A stretch of 63,376 nt of DNA, counting the filler, from Octopus bimaculoides (taxonomy: Eukaryota): NCBI RefSeq assembly GCF_001194135.2. It is 4 parts of 4 records of this genome, joined end to end, with 100 filler letters (N's around TTAATTAATTAA, not from the genome) between each part and the next. Parts side by side here need not be neighbours in the genome. Positions count along the whole stretch, not along the records: positions 48,410 to 61,033 come from NC_069003.1; positions 61,134 to 63,376 come from NW_026408632.1; 2 more parts are not named here. The stretch is one strand, 5' to 3'. The translations under genes were made by a program, and so were the position numbers. Below are positions 49,860 through 61,139 of this stretch, piece after piece. Below the pieces are notes generated by a model. It searched no databases and was not told where the DNA came from. It saw nothing but the letters and a program-made list of their open reading frames with translations. Every line of letters begins with the position of its first letter. Within the stretch, counting starts at the first letter, position 1.

Positions 49860-51119
49860 TTTTCATTATTCTCGACACAATCAAAGAGATCTTGTGCAAC
49901 TGAAACCTGAGTGTCTTCTTGGTCAGCTGAANNNNNNNNNNNNNNNNNNNNNNNNNNNNNNNNNNNNNNNNNNNNNNNNNNNNNNNNNNNNNNNNNNNNN
50001 NNNNNNNNNNNNNNNNNNNNNNNNNNNNNNNNNNNNNNNNNNNNNNNNNNNNNNNNNNNNNNNNNNNNNNNNNNNNNNNNNNNNNNNNNNNNNNNNNNNN
50101 NNNNNNNNNNNNNNNNNNNNNNNNNNNNNNNNNNNNNNNNNNNNNNNNNNNNNNNNNNNNNNNNNNNNNNNNNNNNNNNNNNNNNNNNNNNNNNNNNNNN
50201 NNNNNNNNNNNNNNNNNNNNNNNNNNNNNNNNNNNNNNNNNNNNNNNNNNNNNNNNNNNNNNNNNNNNNNNNNNNNNNNNNNNNNNNNNNNNNNNNNNNN
50301 NNNNNNNNNNNNNNNNNNNNNNNNNNNNNNNNNNNNNNNNNNNNNNNNNNNNNNNNNNNNNNNNNNNNNNNNNNNNNNNNNNNNNNNNNNNNNNNNNNNN
50401 NNNNNNNNNNNNNNNNNNNNNNNNNNNNNNNNNNNNNNNNNNNNNNNNNNNNNNNNNNNNNNNNNNNNNNNNNNNNNNNNNNNNNNNNNNNNNNNNNNNN
50501 NNNNNNNNNNNNNNNNNNNNNNNNNNNNNNNNNNNNNNNNNNNNNNNNNNNNNNNNNNNNNNNNNNNNNNNNNNNNNNNNNNNNNNNNNNNNNNNNNNNN
50601 NNNNNNNNNNNNNNNNNNNNNNNNNNNNNNNNNNNNNNNNNNNNNNNNNNNNNNNNNNNNNNNNNNNNNNGATCTTGTCCATCTGAAAGTGAAAATAGCT
50701 ACAAGTCAGTTTAGAAATCTTACCTCTATTGACATACAGTTTGTGAAATATCAAATAAGTTTCACCCTTAAGCATTTAAACCATAACTAGCCCTGAAGCT
50801 TTTTGATACCACCCCACATACTTTTGATAATGCTGAACAACTGATACAATTAAGCTGACTGGATTTCAACAAAATTAAAAACTCACCAGTCAAATACACA
50901 CATACACACACAAGCATATCTTAGTATGAGAATAATTCAAACCTTTTCTTGAAAGTCTTTGACCTTTTTCTGTGCTTCAGGTGAAGACATATTTGCTAGG
51001 GCTGGCACATACGTTTCATTTAATTTTACAGAAGATACAAGCATTTGCACCTCTGAAAAACAGAACAAAAATACATGCATAATACAAATAATAAATATAA
51101 ATATGTATATATGAGCATT

Positions 51120-51452
51120 CCATCGGTTATGATGACAAGGGTTCCAGTTGATCCGATCAACGGAACAGCTTGCTCGTGAANNNNNNNNNNNNNNNNNNNN
51201 NNNNNNNNNNNNNNNNNNNNNNNNNNNNNNNNNNNNNNNNNNNNNNNNNNNNNNNNNNNNNNNNNNNNNNNNNNNNNNNNNNNNNNNNNNNCTGGCCCTT
51301 TGAATTACAGGCGCTACTCATTTTTGCCAGCTGAGTGGAGTGGAGCAACATGAAGTAAAGTGTTTTGCTCAAGGACATAACACGTTGCTGGGAATTGAAC
51401 TCACGACCTTATGATCATGGGCTGAATGCCCTAACTACTGAGTCACGTGCCT
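51120..51452 (-). mobile_element. Family C-related SINE spanning a gap
   Basis: Tail GGGTTCCAGTTGATCCGATCAACGGAACAG, shared CCCTTTGAATTACAGGC, and a different head region (GCTCAAGGACATAAC..GAATTGAACTCACGACC). Confidence 0.7.
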
Positions 51453-52287
51453 TCATGTGCCTTTATATACAAACATATATGTGCACACTAGTACATTCCA
51501 CCAGTATTGACATTGACCCCAGTGCATAACTGGTACTTATTTAATCGACCCCGAAAGGANNNNNNNNNNNNNNNNNNNNNNNNNNNNNNNNNNNNNNNNN
51601 NNNNNNNNNNNNNNNNNNNNNNNNNNNNNNNNNNNNNNNNNNNNNNNNNNNNNNNNNNNTATATATATATATGTATATATAGATATATATGTATGTATAT
51701 ATATATGTACATATATATATATATGCGTATATACATGCGCACACATGCATACATACATGTATACATGCTTTATTGTTAATTAATCTGCTGTGTGTTGGGT
51801 AACCTTCACCCTAATTTAGGTGTTTAATTATTCGACATTTGGATTAAATTTTACCTCCTCCCCCCATACATACATACAAAAAAAAGGAAAACAACCAAAG
51901 ATCAACAACAACAACAACAACTGCAAAAACAGCAATTACACCAATCTCCGCCAACAACATCGACCTCTGCAAACATGGATCACTGAGACCATTTCTGTGT
52001 GCTTTAGTCAATTTTGATTTTGTTTTTAGAAAGGGTAACAAATGCCTCTCACGAATCACTTGTTAAGATTTTAAATATGCAAAGTTGACACTAGACATTA
52101 TACCAACTCTTTGAAAGATGTGCGACGTGCGGTCACGGGCGGAGTGCCATCGTCTGCTCAATTAGAGTTGACCCCTGTGTCAGAGAAAACATCGACACGA
52201 GTCGTCACTCACGCCTCTGCAGTCATAGCATCTCTTGCGACAACATCACAACCCGCAAACAAGAAAGCGTTGCATATATATACATAC

Positions 52288-52374
<87 letters not shown>

Positions 52375-52419
52375 CATATAGTTGAAATATTTATATATAT
52401 ATATACATACATACATACA

Positions 52420-52463
<44 letters not shown>

Positions 52464-52674
52464 ATACAATATCATAATAAATATACACATCGTACACATA
52501 CACATACACGTACACACATACACGTACACACATACACGTACTCTAGAGAGAGTGGGGGAGAAGAGGACTATCCTACCCACCGTATTGTTATTCTAATTAT
52601 TATTATGTTAAATGCAACCAAACGAATTAGAGGACTTAACAAACGGACTTAACAAATTGAACGCATTTCAAAGC

Positions 52675-52685
52675 AAAATGGCGGC
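52675..52685 (+). promoter_or_regulatory. YY1-type motif AAAATGGCGGC in a non-repetitive promoter-like island
   Basis: Matches the established YY1 consensus; about 260 bp upstream of a candidate exon. Confidence 0.35.
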
Positions 52686-52938
52686 AACAGCGAGATCGAA
52701 TTCAGTGATCATTTCTGCCGCATATCAAATCATTGAAGCATATATAATAAGACGATAAGTAGAGACTAGGATTGATATTTGACCGGTTTGTTGTCGTGTA
52801 ATATGCTTAATTGACTAAAACAAAAACTGTTGATTTGCTTAAGAACAGTTAAGAAACATCATTAGGTTAAAAACGGAAAGAGGAAAAAAACTCTGAAGTG
52901 AAAAGGATTAACAAATTCACATTGTCTGTTGTTTTAAG

Positions 52939-53022
52939 ACAATGACGGAGGAATGCAAGCCGGTTCCCAATCGGTTTTTACCGCATCAACACGCCACCAT
53001 AAAGAAGCATTTAATCGAAAAG
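52939..53022 (+). CDS. Candidate first coding or internal exon, unknown product
   Basis: Acceptor TGTCTGTTGTTTTAAG|, ATG at 52942, open MTEECKPVPNRFLPHQHATIKKHLIEK, donor AAG|GTAGGG; 84 nt, phase 0-0. Confidence 0.45.
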
Positions 53023-53267
53023 GTAGGGTTTTAGAGTTCGTTTTACAACTGTGATGCGATGTGCGTGCTTGCGTATGTGCGTGCATGTGTGTGTGTGTAT
53101 GCGTGTGCACCTTTTAAATCATATTTTGAACATATATTACAAAAAGGATGCTTCCCTTTCATGTCAGCCCACGTTAACTCCTCGCATCGCTTCTTCACGT
53201 AAATGGCCATATACACAAATATGCACATATTTGAAATGCTATATACATTTATAATTATATGACAATT

Positions 53268-53640
53268 GGCGCATAAACGTGGCTGTGTGGTTCAGAAGCT
53301 TGCTTCCAACCATGTGGTCTTCGGTTCAGTTCCACTGCGCAGCACTTTGGGCAAGTGTTTTCTACTGTAGTTTTGGGCTGAGAGCCGACCAAAGACTTGT
53401 GAATGACTTTGGTATACGGAAACTGAAAGAAGACCGTGGATGTATATGTCTGTGTGCATCGATGTCTTTTTCCTTAGCTTATCTCCTACCACCTCTTCAC
53501 AACTAGAGTGAGCCGTTCGGTAAAAGACACCGATGAAATACGTACAGGGGTCGAATTTTTTCGACTAACCCCTTCAAAGCGGTGCCCTAGTAGAGCCGTA
53601 GCTCAACGAGTAAAGCAAGTAAAATATGAAAGATGAAAGA
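53268..53640 (+). mobile_element. SINE family A, near full length, diverged
   Basis: GGCGC..GTGGCTGTGTGGT..AGAAGCTTGCTTCC head and ..GGGGTCGA..GCGGTGCCC..AAGTAAAA tail. Confidence 0.8.
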
Positions 53641-54059
53641 TATTTTGGTATTCGTTATCATAGCGCTTCATAAAACAATTCATGCTTATCATTGCGATGT
53701 TAGTTGTAGTTAGAGCCAGGACTTCATGTGATGAATTAGTAGTGAAAACTCGGGTGCCGAGTTCGGGTTAGTACTTAAAGTTTCAGGCAAAGGTTCTGAA
53801 ATAATGCGCCACAGAGTATATCGAGATGCGCCAAGGGTTTTTAAAAAGTATATTATTTGAAAGTTTTTGAAAGTCTGTCTCTGGAAAAATTGTTTTTTTT
53901 TATTATTTTATTGTACAGAAATAGGATTGATGAAATAAAATAAACAATAGTTTTGTATTTTGTTGTAAAATTTTTAAACTTTAAAAGCTCCATGAGAAGT
54001 TTTTCAGAAATATTTTCTGTTTGGTCCCCGGTGAAACCCAAAGTGAAGAAGATTAACAC

Positions 54060-54265
54060 TAGTCTAAGGTCAAGATCACGAAAAGTTGGTTTAGAGTCAA
54101 GATCGCGAAAAGATCGCGAAAGATTGGTTTAGGGTCAAGGTTATGGTCGACTAGTTTAAGGTAATGTGGTGATGTACTGGAGTAGGGTCGAGGTCATAGC
54201 GTACCTATTTAGGGTCAAGGTTATGGTGGGCTGTTTTAAGGTCAAGGACGTGGTGTAAAGTTAGT
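54060..54265. repeat. Degenerate minisatellite of about 27 bp (about 7 units, core TTTAGGGTCAAGGT)
   Basis: Recurrent TA[A/G]GGTCAAG-like motif read directly. Confidence 0.65.
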
Positions 54266-54484
54266 AAGGAAGAGAAAGGTTTGGAGCATTTATGGGCAAC
54301 CCGAGCGTTCCCCGGGAAAAATTAACTCGAATATGGAGGCATTACTGTATAACTTCTTCGCCAGATTGTTTAATATTTCTTATTTCTTGTGTTATGTAAG
54401 TTTTCCACAAATACATACTCACGTGTATCACATTATTTTTTTTACAAAATTTCAAGTTTCATTTTGTAAATATATAATTCTTTC

Positions 54485-54700
54485 TATTATAGGCACAAGG
54501 CCTGAAATTTAGTTGGGTGGGTGAATGGGGTAAACCGATTAAATCGACCCCCAGTGCTTGATTGGTACTTATTTTATCGACCTCGAAAGGATGAAAGGCA
54601 AAGTCGACCACGGCGGATTTTTGAACTCCGAACGCGAAGACGGACGAAATGCCGCTAAGCATTTAACCGGCGTGCTAACGATTCTGTCAGAACGCCGCCT
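54485..54700 (-). mobile_element. SINE family B, full length
   Basis: Reverse complement of the 55607-55826 copy over its whole length. Confidence 0.9.
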
Positions 54701-55025
54701 TATATATATATATATATGATGTCAGTGTGTGTGTGTNNNNNNNNNNNNNNNNNNNNNNNNNNNNNNNNNNNNNNNNNNNNNNNNNNNNNNNNNNNNNNNN
54801 NNNNNNNNNNNNNNNNNNNNNNNNNNNNNNNNNNNNNNNNNNNNNNNNNNNNNNNNNNNNNNNNNNNNNNNNNNNNNNNNNNNNNNNNNNNNNNNNNNNN
54901 NNNNNNNNNNNNNNNNNNNNNNNNNNNNNNNNNNNNNNNNNNNNNNNNNNNNNNNNNNNNNNNNNNNNNNNNNNNNNNNNNNNNNNNNNNNNNNNNNNNN
55001 NNNNNNNNNNNNNNNNNNNNNNNNN

Positions 55026-55240
55026 CGTGTGTATATGTTTGTGTGTCTGTGTTTGTCCCCCTAACTTCGCTTGACAACCGATGCTGGTGTGTTTACGTCC
55101 CCGTAACTTAGCGGTTCGGCAAAAAGAGACCGATAGAATAAGTACTAGGCTTACAAAGAGTAAGTCCTGGGGTCGATTTGCTCGACTAAAGGCGGTGCTC
55201 CAGCATGGCCGCAGTCAAATGACTGAAACAAGTAAAAGAG
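55026..55240 (+). mobile_element. SINE family A 3' half
   Basis: GTGTTTGTCCCC..GCTTGACAACCG..GGCCGCAGTCAAATGACTGAAACAAGTAAAAGAG. Confidence 0.9.
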
Positions 55241-55606
55241 TATTTATTTTTCTGAAAGGAATGAGGAAACAAAGCAGAGACGGGGATACACTTTTGAAGG
55301 TATGCCGTTTATGTTATAAGACTAATTAACACCGTCTGCTTCGGTGCAGGTATTAATCCTGAAATCCAGTGTGTATATATATATACTCTCTGTATTCGAA
55401 ACAGCATTCTGGTGGCGGTGTATTTATACACGTCACTTTCAAATGTATGACGTCTATTCTAGAAATCGATGCTCACGTTTAACACACCCTGTTTGAGTCT
55501 TATTAAGATCGCAGTAGGAAGTTATTAATACTATAGTCTGTATTGTATTTAAAGATTGGTGGCTATGTATGTATGTATGTATGTATGTTATTATATATCT
55601 GTAGGA

Positions 55607-55826
55607 AAGGCGGCGAGCGGGCAGAAACGTTAGCACGCCGGGCGAAATGCTTAGCGGTATTTTTCGTGTCTTTACGTTCTGAGTTCAAATTCCGCCGAGG
55701 TCGACTTTGCTTTTCATCATTTCGGGGTCGATAAATTAAGTATACGTTACGTACTGGGGTCGATCTAATCGACTAGCCCCCTCCCCGCCAAAATTTCGGG
55801 CCTTGTGCCTAAAGTAGACAAGAATA
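55607..55826 (+). mobile_element. SINE family B, full length
   Basis: GGCGGCGAGCGGGCAGAAACGTTAGC (A box), GAGTTCAAATTCC (B box), core and tail. Confidence 0.9.
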
Positions 55827-55959
55827 ACGTAAGCAAAATATTCTTCAATTTGTCATCCCAAAATCTACCCTATTAAACGACTTCCTAGGTCAGTGGTTTC
55901 ACATAAGACAGGATGTGATCCCGGCCTGGAATCCACCAGAAGAATGAGGCACCGGCAAG

Positions 55960-56028
55960 TCATTTCACAAGTAGGCTGTTCCGTTGATCGGATCAACTGG
56001 AACACTCGTCGTCGTAGCTGATGGAGTG
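55960..56028 (+). mobile_element. Family C SINE tail fragment
   Basis: GGCTGTTCCGTTGATCGGATCAACTGGAACACTCGTCGTCGTAGCTGATGGAGTGC. Confidence 0.75.
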
Positions 56029-56175
56029 CTTCTATTCTATGTTCACAGACAAAAGACAGCCGTGAATTTTTATTTTTTACTACCTGTCTACCCAACTTTA
56101 TTTAAAGACTGCATGGCGAGGGGGGTTACGACTGAATTGACCGTCATTTATAGCAGATCGAATTAGAGTATAGAG

Positions 56176-56309
56176 CAGCGGTTCCCAACCTGTGGTCCGC
56201 GGACCCCTGGTGGTCCGTGATTATGCTAAGCTGACAGACCTTTCGAGTCCGTGGGAAAACTCATTTGAATAAAAGGAGTGCTTGGTAGGGAAAAGGTTGG
56301 GAACCACTG
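56176..56309. mobile_element. 134-bp hAT (Charlie-type) MITE
   Basis: 16-bp TIR CAG[C/T]GGTTCCCAACCT with 1 mismatch; perfect 8-bp TSD GTATAGAG at 56168-56175 and 56310-56317. Confidence 0.93.
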
Positions 56310-57025
56310 GTATAGAGTCTCCTGCTACTGCTGTTGTTGTTGTTGTCGTTGGTTGTGATGGTGACGGCGATGAAGATGTTTATGAACAGAAATGGAGGTG
56401 AGGTGAGAAAGGGGGGAATTAATGGAAAATCACGTGATTCATCCGAATATTTTTTTGTAGTTATTGAAGTTGATTTCGTGACAAGACACGCGCGCATGCA
56501 CACGCACACACACACACACACACGCGCGCAATCTTTATCTCTGTCTCTGTCTCTCTCTCAGACACACACACACAATAGCAGTCAGTCATTGATGTATAAA
56601 TAGATTCTACACTACAATCGTGGATTGAAACCTTCTCATATTTCTTGTTAATAAAAGGGAAAAAAGTGAAAAAAAACAACAAACAGGTTGATACGTGAGG
56701 GTGCGGAGGATGGGCAAAATACGTGGTGATATTTACTTCTGGGGCCACTTCTGGGTTCAAATTCTGTCGACTATACCATGAAACATTCTGCTCCAGCATG
56801 GCCGCTGTCCAATCTGTTTTCCGATATACTACATTGTATTTGCTCGAGCCTCTGTCGGAGCCTCTACATGCACATCGACCTGCTAGAAATGCTAGCCAAA
56901 TCTCAATTGCAACAACCACTGGCATCTTAAAATGGGGACGCATTGAATAATGTAGTCAGAGGGATTATCGCGAAAATGAATTTCAAAGCAGTGATTAGCA
57001 TATAAAACCATATTATTACACCTAG

Positions 57026-57100
57026 TACGAAATCAGTTCGAACAGGAATTGAAGAGATTGAAAGTTGGCAGCCAAACAGAAAAGATCTCGAGGCAGACAA
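57026..57100 (+). CDS. Candidate 75-nt symmetric exon, unknown product
   Basis: ACACCTAG| .. CAA|GTAAGA; open in two frames (RNQFEQELKRLKVGSQTEKISRQT or TKSVRTGIEEIESWQPNRKDLEAD). Confidence 0.3.
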
Positions 57101-58160
57101 GTAAGAAAAAAAAAAGATGTTCGCTGGTAATAACTGGAATAACGACGATATTAAGTTTGCTCGCTCAGAATATACCTCTAAGAGTAAAACAACTATTATG
57201 CAACAGTAGCGGGGGCAGCGGCGGCAGTAGCAGCAACATCAATAACAACAGCAACAACAACAACAGCAACAACAACTCAATCCTGTCTATCATAGGCCAA
57301 CGAGTGAACCTCTATGTGGCCGATCGACCTGCGAGAAATATCCACCAAAGCGTCTTCAACCATACCTTACCGTGAAGAAAACACACACACAACACAGAAA
57401 CAATAAAACAAGAGAAAAGCAAATAATTAAAAATTAAAATACCAAATCCCTCCTCAAACTCTTCCATTTCATTGTTTTTCTTCTTTCTTATGCTTATGAC
57501 CTGAATTCTTTCATTCATTCCCTTCGTCTTAATTTCTCGTTCTTCATTGTCCCATACACGAAAAGGCTTTTCGCCTTGTTTGAGACTCTCAAATAAAAAA
57601 AATTAAAAAAAGGCGGGATGGTCACGGCTCGAAAACCTTTAATGATAAACTTGCTTGATCATAGTCGAACTCGGGATTGAAACAACAACAACAATGACAA
57701 CAACAACAGCAGTATAATAAAAAGCAGCTAAAAGAACTTTCCGGTTTATCAGAATAGAACGTACATCTAGGACCTAGTTTCCGTTCTCTTAAGTTATCTG
57801 TCTGTTTGGGAAGAATGGACAGCAAAACCATTGTTTCGGAATTATTAAGAACGTTTGTGTTCTGTCTGTCTGTCCATCTATCTATCTATGTACCAACCTA
57901 TGTATTATGTAAGTATATAAGGTAAACTCCAGCTGTTTCATCTTGAAGCACATCTGCTTATTCCATTATTATAATCCAGTATGTAGTCTCAGTTGCTGCT
58001 GTGTGTTAGTGCAAAATACATATTAAAATTGAGAATTATGGAAATATTATTTGCAGAGTTTTAGAAAACAAGAGACTGGAAAGTTTTTTTTTTTTTTGTA
58101 TTATTTATTCATTATTATGATAAATAAATAACACCAAAAAATTTCCGATATCCTGTTGTG

Positions 58161-58198
<38 letters not shown>

Positions 58199-58479
58199 CG
58201 CGAGAGAGATAACTTGCATGCGTTTGGGTACATATGCTAATAGTTGTTGAGTAGGTCACAACTTTTCCTTTACAACGACAGTGTTTTCAAAACACTCCTT
58301 TTGGCATTGTTGTGTTCAAATCTGCTCGAACGTATTATGAAGAAATATGCAAGTCATGGTTTCCAATCTCGCTGTTTGCAGCGCAATTAACGATTTATCG
58401 TTGGTGGGTAGATATCAGCGCGAATCACCGAATATTTTTTCACTGAAATTATAAGCAAAGCCACCGACTCTTGTTTAGA

Positions 58480-59340
58480 TTCAAAGGTCCGTGTACTTTT
58501 GGCTGATGTCGAAACACCAGTGTCCCAGAGTCCTTTGTGTCTCATGTCACGAATTCAGTCGAGAGGTTTTTCTTAGCCTTTTTATAGCATTGATAAAGAT
58601 TTTGGCTCAGATCAAAGGTCCCCTGAAATTTCCTTCGATGGTCCTGCTACCAGCGATAGCTGTCCCTAGTTTCACGTGCAGCCATGGTGTATATAGTAGC
58701 GATTCCATGCGTTGCGTCCTGGTTAATTTTCACCGCTGGATTACTGCTAGGATTTCTCTAAAACAGGGAGGAGAGACGTTTTCACGTTTATCTGAAGAAG
58801 GTAACCAATTTTGTACCGGGCTTATATCAATAGCAAACGTTCTAGAGGATAGTATTCCTTACGCAAATGATTGATGGCAGACGAAAGAGTCGACCATGTT
58901 CAATCTTGTAACCCGAATGAAGATGTTAGGTTCAACATAGGGTTGGCCTGGAATCGGATAGAACATAACCGTTGTTTCTTCAGACTGATGGCAAGTCCCA
59001 AAGCAATGCATGCTCCTGAGAAGAGACCCATTACCCATTATAGCCCGCATATCTTTTTCGGAGTGAGCAACGAGGTCTACATCGCCAGCGTGAAGGAACT
59101 CACGAACAAATTATCAATGGAAAATGGTTCAGAGAATGAACTGTTGAAGTTAAAATGAGCTTTCATGACACGATGGAGTTGCTTAAACAAGAGGAACAAG
59201 AGGACGAATGGAGGTGGATGTCTAAGTTTACTGAGAACGGTCCAGAGAGCGGTCCTTTTAACAGTGTCGCAGGCATTTGGTTAAATCGACCAAGCTCTGG
59301 TAAAGAGCTATGCAATGTTCGATGCATTTCTCCTTGAGTT
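58480..59340 (-). mobile_element. RTE-clade LINE reverse transcriptase pseudogene fragment
   Basis: EFLHAGDVDLVAHSEKDMRAIM (YADD decayed to HAGD, 59081-59092) and TVMFYPIPGQPYVEPNIFIRVTRLNMVDSF match the recalled RTE motif KTEV..QPAPG.PY.EPNI..RL..VD.F. Confidence 0.85.
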
Positions 59341-59540
59341 GACGAGCAAAAACATTCATGTCCTTAAGTACTTCGGATTGATCTAAAACCACATTGACTT
59401 TCCGAGATAACAGAGGAGCATATTACTTTGCTGGCCCGATTAAGTTATAGGATGTATGTATGTATGGATGGATGGATGGATGGGTGGATGGATGGATGGA
59501 TGGGTGGATGGATGGATGCATGTGTGTGTGTGGTCAATGT

Positions 59541-59670
59541 ATGTGTCTAAACCTGTATGTATGTATATATGTATGTATGTATGTATGTGTTTAAACCTGT
59601 ATGTATGTATGTGTTTAAACCTGTATGTATGTATATATGTATGTATGTATGTGTTTAAACCTGTATGTAT
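59541..59670. repeat. (ATGT)n carrying four copies of GTGT[C/T]TAAACCTG
   Basis: TAAACCTG at 59548, 59592, 59616 and 59656. Confidence 0.8.
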
Positions 59671-60992
59671 GTATGTATGTATGGATGGGTGGATGGGTGG
59701 ATNNNNNNNNNNNNNNNNNNNNNNNNNNNNNNNNNNNNNNNNNNNNNNNNNNNNNNNNNNNNNNNNNNNNNNNNNNNNNNNNNNNNNNNNNNNNNNNNNN
59801 NNNNNNNNNNNNNNNNNNNNNNNNNNNNNNNNNNNNNNNNNNNNNNNNNNNNNNNNNNNNNNNNNNNNNNNNNNNNNNNNNNNNNNNNNNNNNNNNNNNN
59901 NNNNNNNNNNNNNNNNNNNNNNNNNNNNNNNNNNNNNNNNNNNNNNNNNNNNNNNNNNNNNNNNNNNNNNNNNNNNNNNNNNNNNNNNNNNNNNNNNNNN
60001 NNNNNNNNNNNNNNNNNNNNNNNNNNNNNNNNNNNNNNNNNNNNNNNNNNATGTATACAAGCATGTATGTACACGTGTATGTGTATATGTATGTATATAT
60101 GAAGCTACGGATGTGTATGTATGTATGTAAGGAGATTTTTGTCAGATAATTGTTCTCGGTTGAGCTAATTATTCCACCCTTATCACACAGGACGTCAAAG
60201 AGTTAAGTCGATAGAGCGTGTTGTAAGGTACCTTGCTGTATTTATTTCATCTCACTACAGTCTTACCTTTCATCCTGTCGGTGTCGGTAGAACAAAGGAC
60301 AAACCAAGGGGGGGGGGGGTTCGCAGAGTTATTTGAGCGTCGAATGAGACACCTTGCGGTATTCGTTTCGGCTCTTTGTATTCTGAGTTGATGTGAAATA
60401 CATCTTCACCCGTCACCCGTTTAACTTCACCGCCTTTTCCTTTGGTACATTGAGTAGTGTTCTCTCTTTTACAGGCACTGGGGTGACGTGTACAAGGAAG
60501 TTTTTTCCTTCGTCGCACAAGCCTTAAAGGTTATGAAGCAATTATGTTTCTTAAATGCTGTTTTTTCCCCTTCTGACGGAGCAATAAAGAAAGTGAGATT
60601 CTGTTCAGTTTCGCATTTCCCTTCAGTCGTATTAATATTCATAATATATATATAATAATATTATTAATATTATTATTATTCAGGTCGCTGCTCAGAATCG
60701 AACTCGGAATCATGGGGTTAGTAGTTAAAGTATCTTGATTATTACCCGGAAATTTATTAATTTTAGTACCGACTAATATCACAGGTATTAATATAAACTC
60801 ATACCCACTTATTGTGGACCTTTATCTCAAGCCCTCAAGCCCTCAGTAGAAAACATATCGCATATTTATTTATGTGTGAAAAATACGAACTACTACAGTA
60901 ATCCTCCCCTCTCAACACATGAAATATGTATGTACCTATGGGTATGTTTGTACGTAAATATATATACATATATATGTATATGTGTGTGTGTA

Positions 60993-61033
<41 letters not shown>

Positions 61034-61077
61034 NNNNNNNNNNNNNNNNNNNNNNNNNNNNNNNNNNNNNNNNNNNN

Positions 61078-61089
61078 TTAATTAATTAA
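61078..61089. other. Artificial gap marker TTAATTAATTAA
   Basis: 44N-12mer-44N. Confidence 0.95.
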
Positions 61090-61139
61090 NNNNNNNNNNN
61101 NNNNNNNNNNNNNNNNNNNNNNNNNNNNNNNNNCAACCA

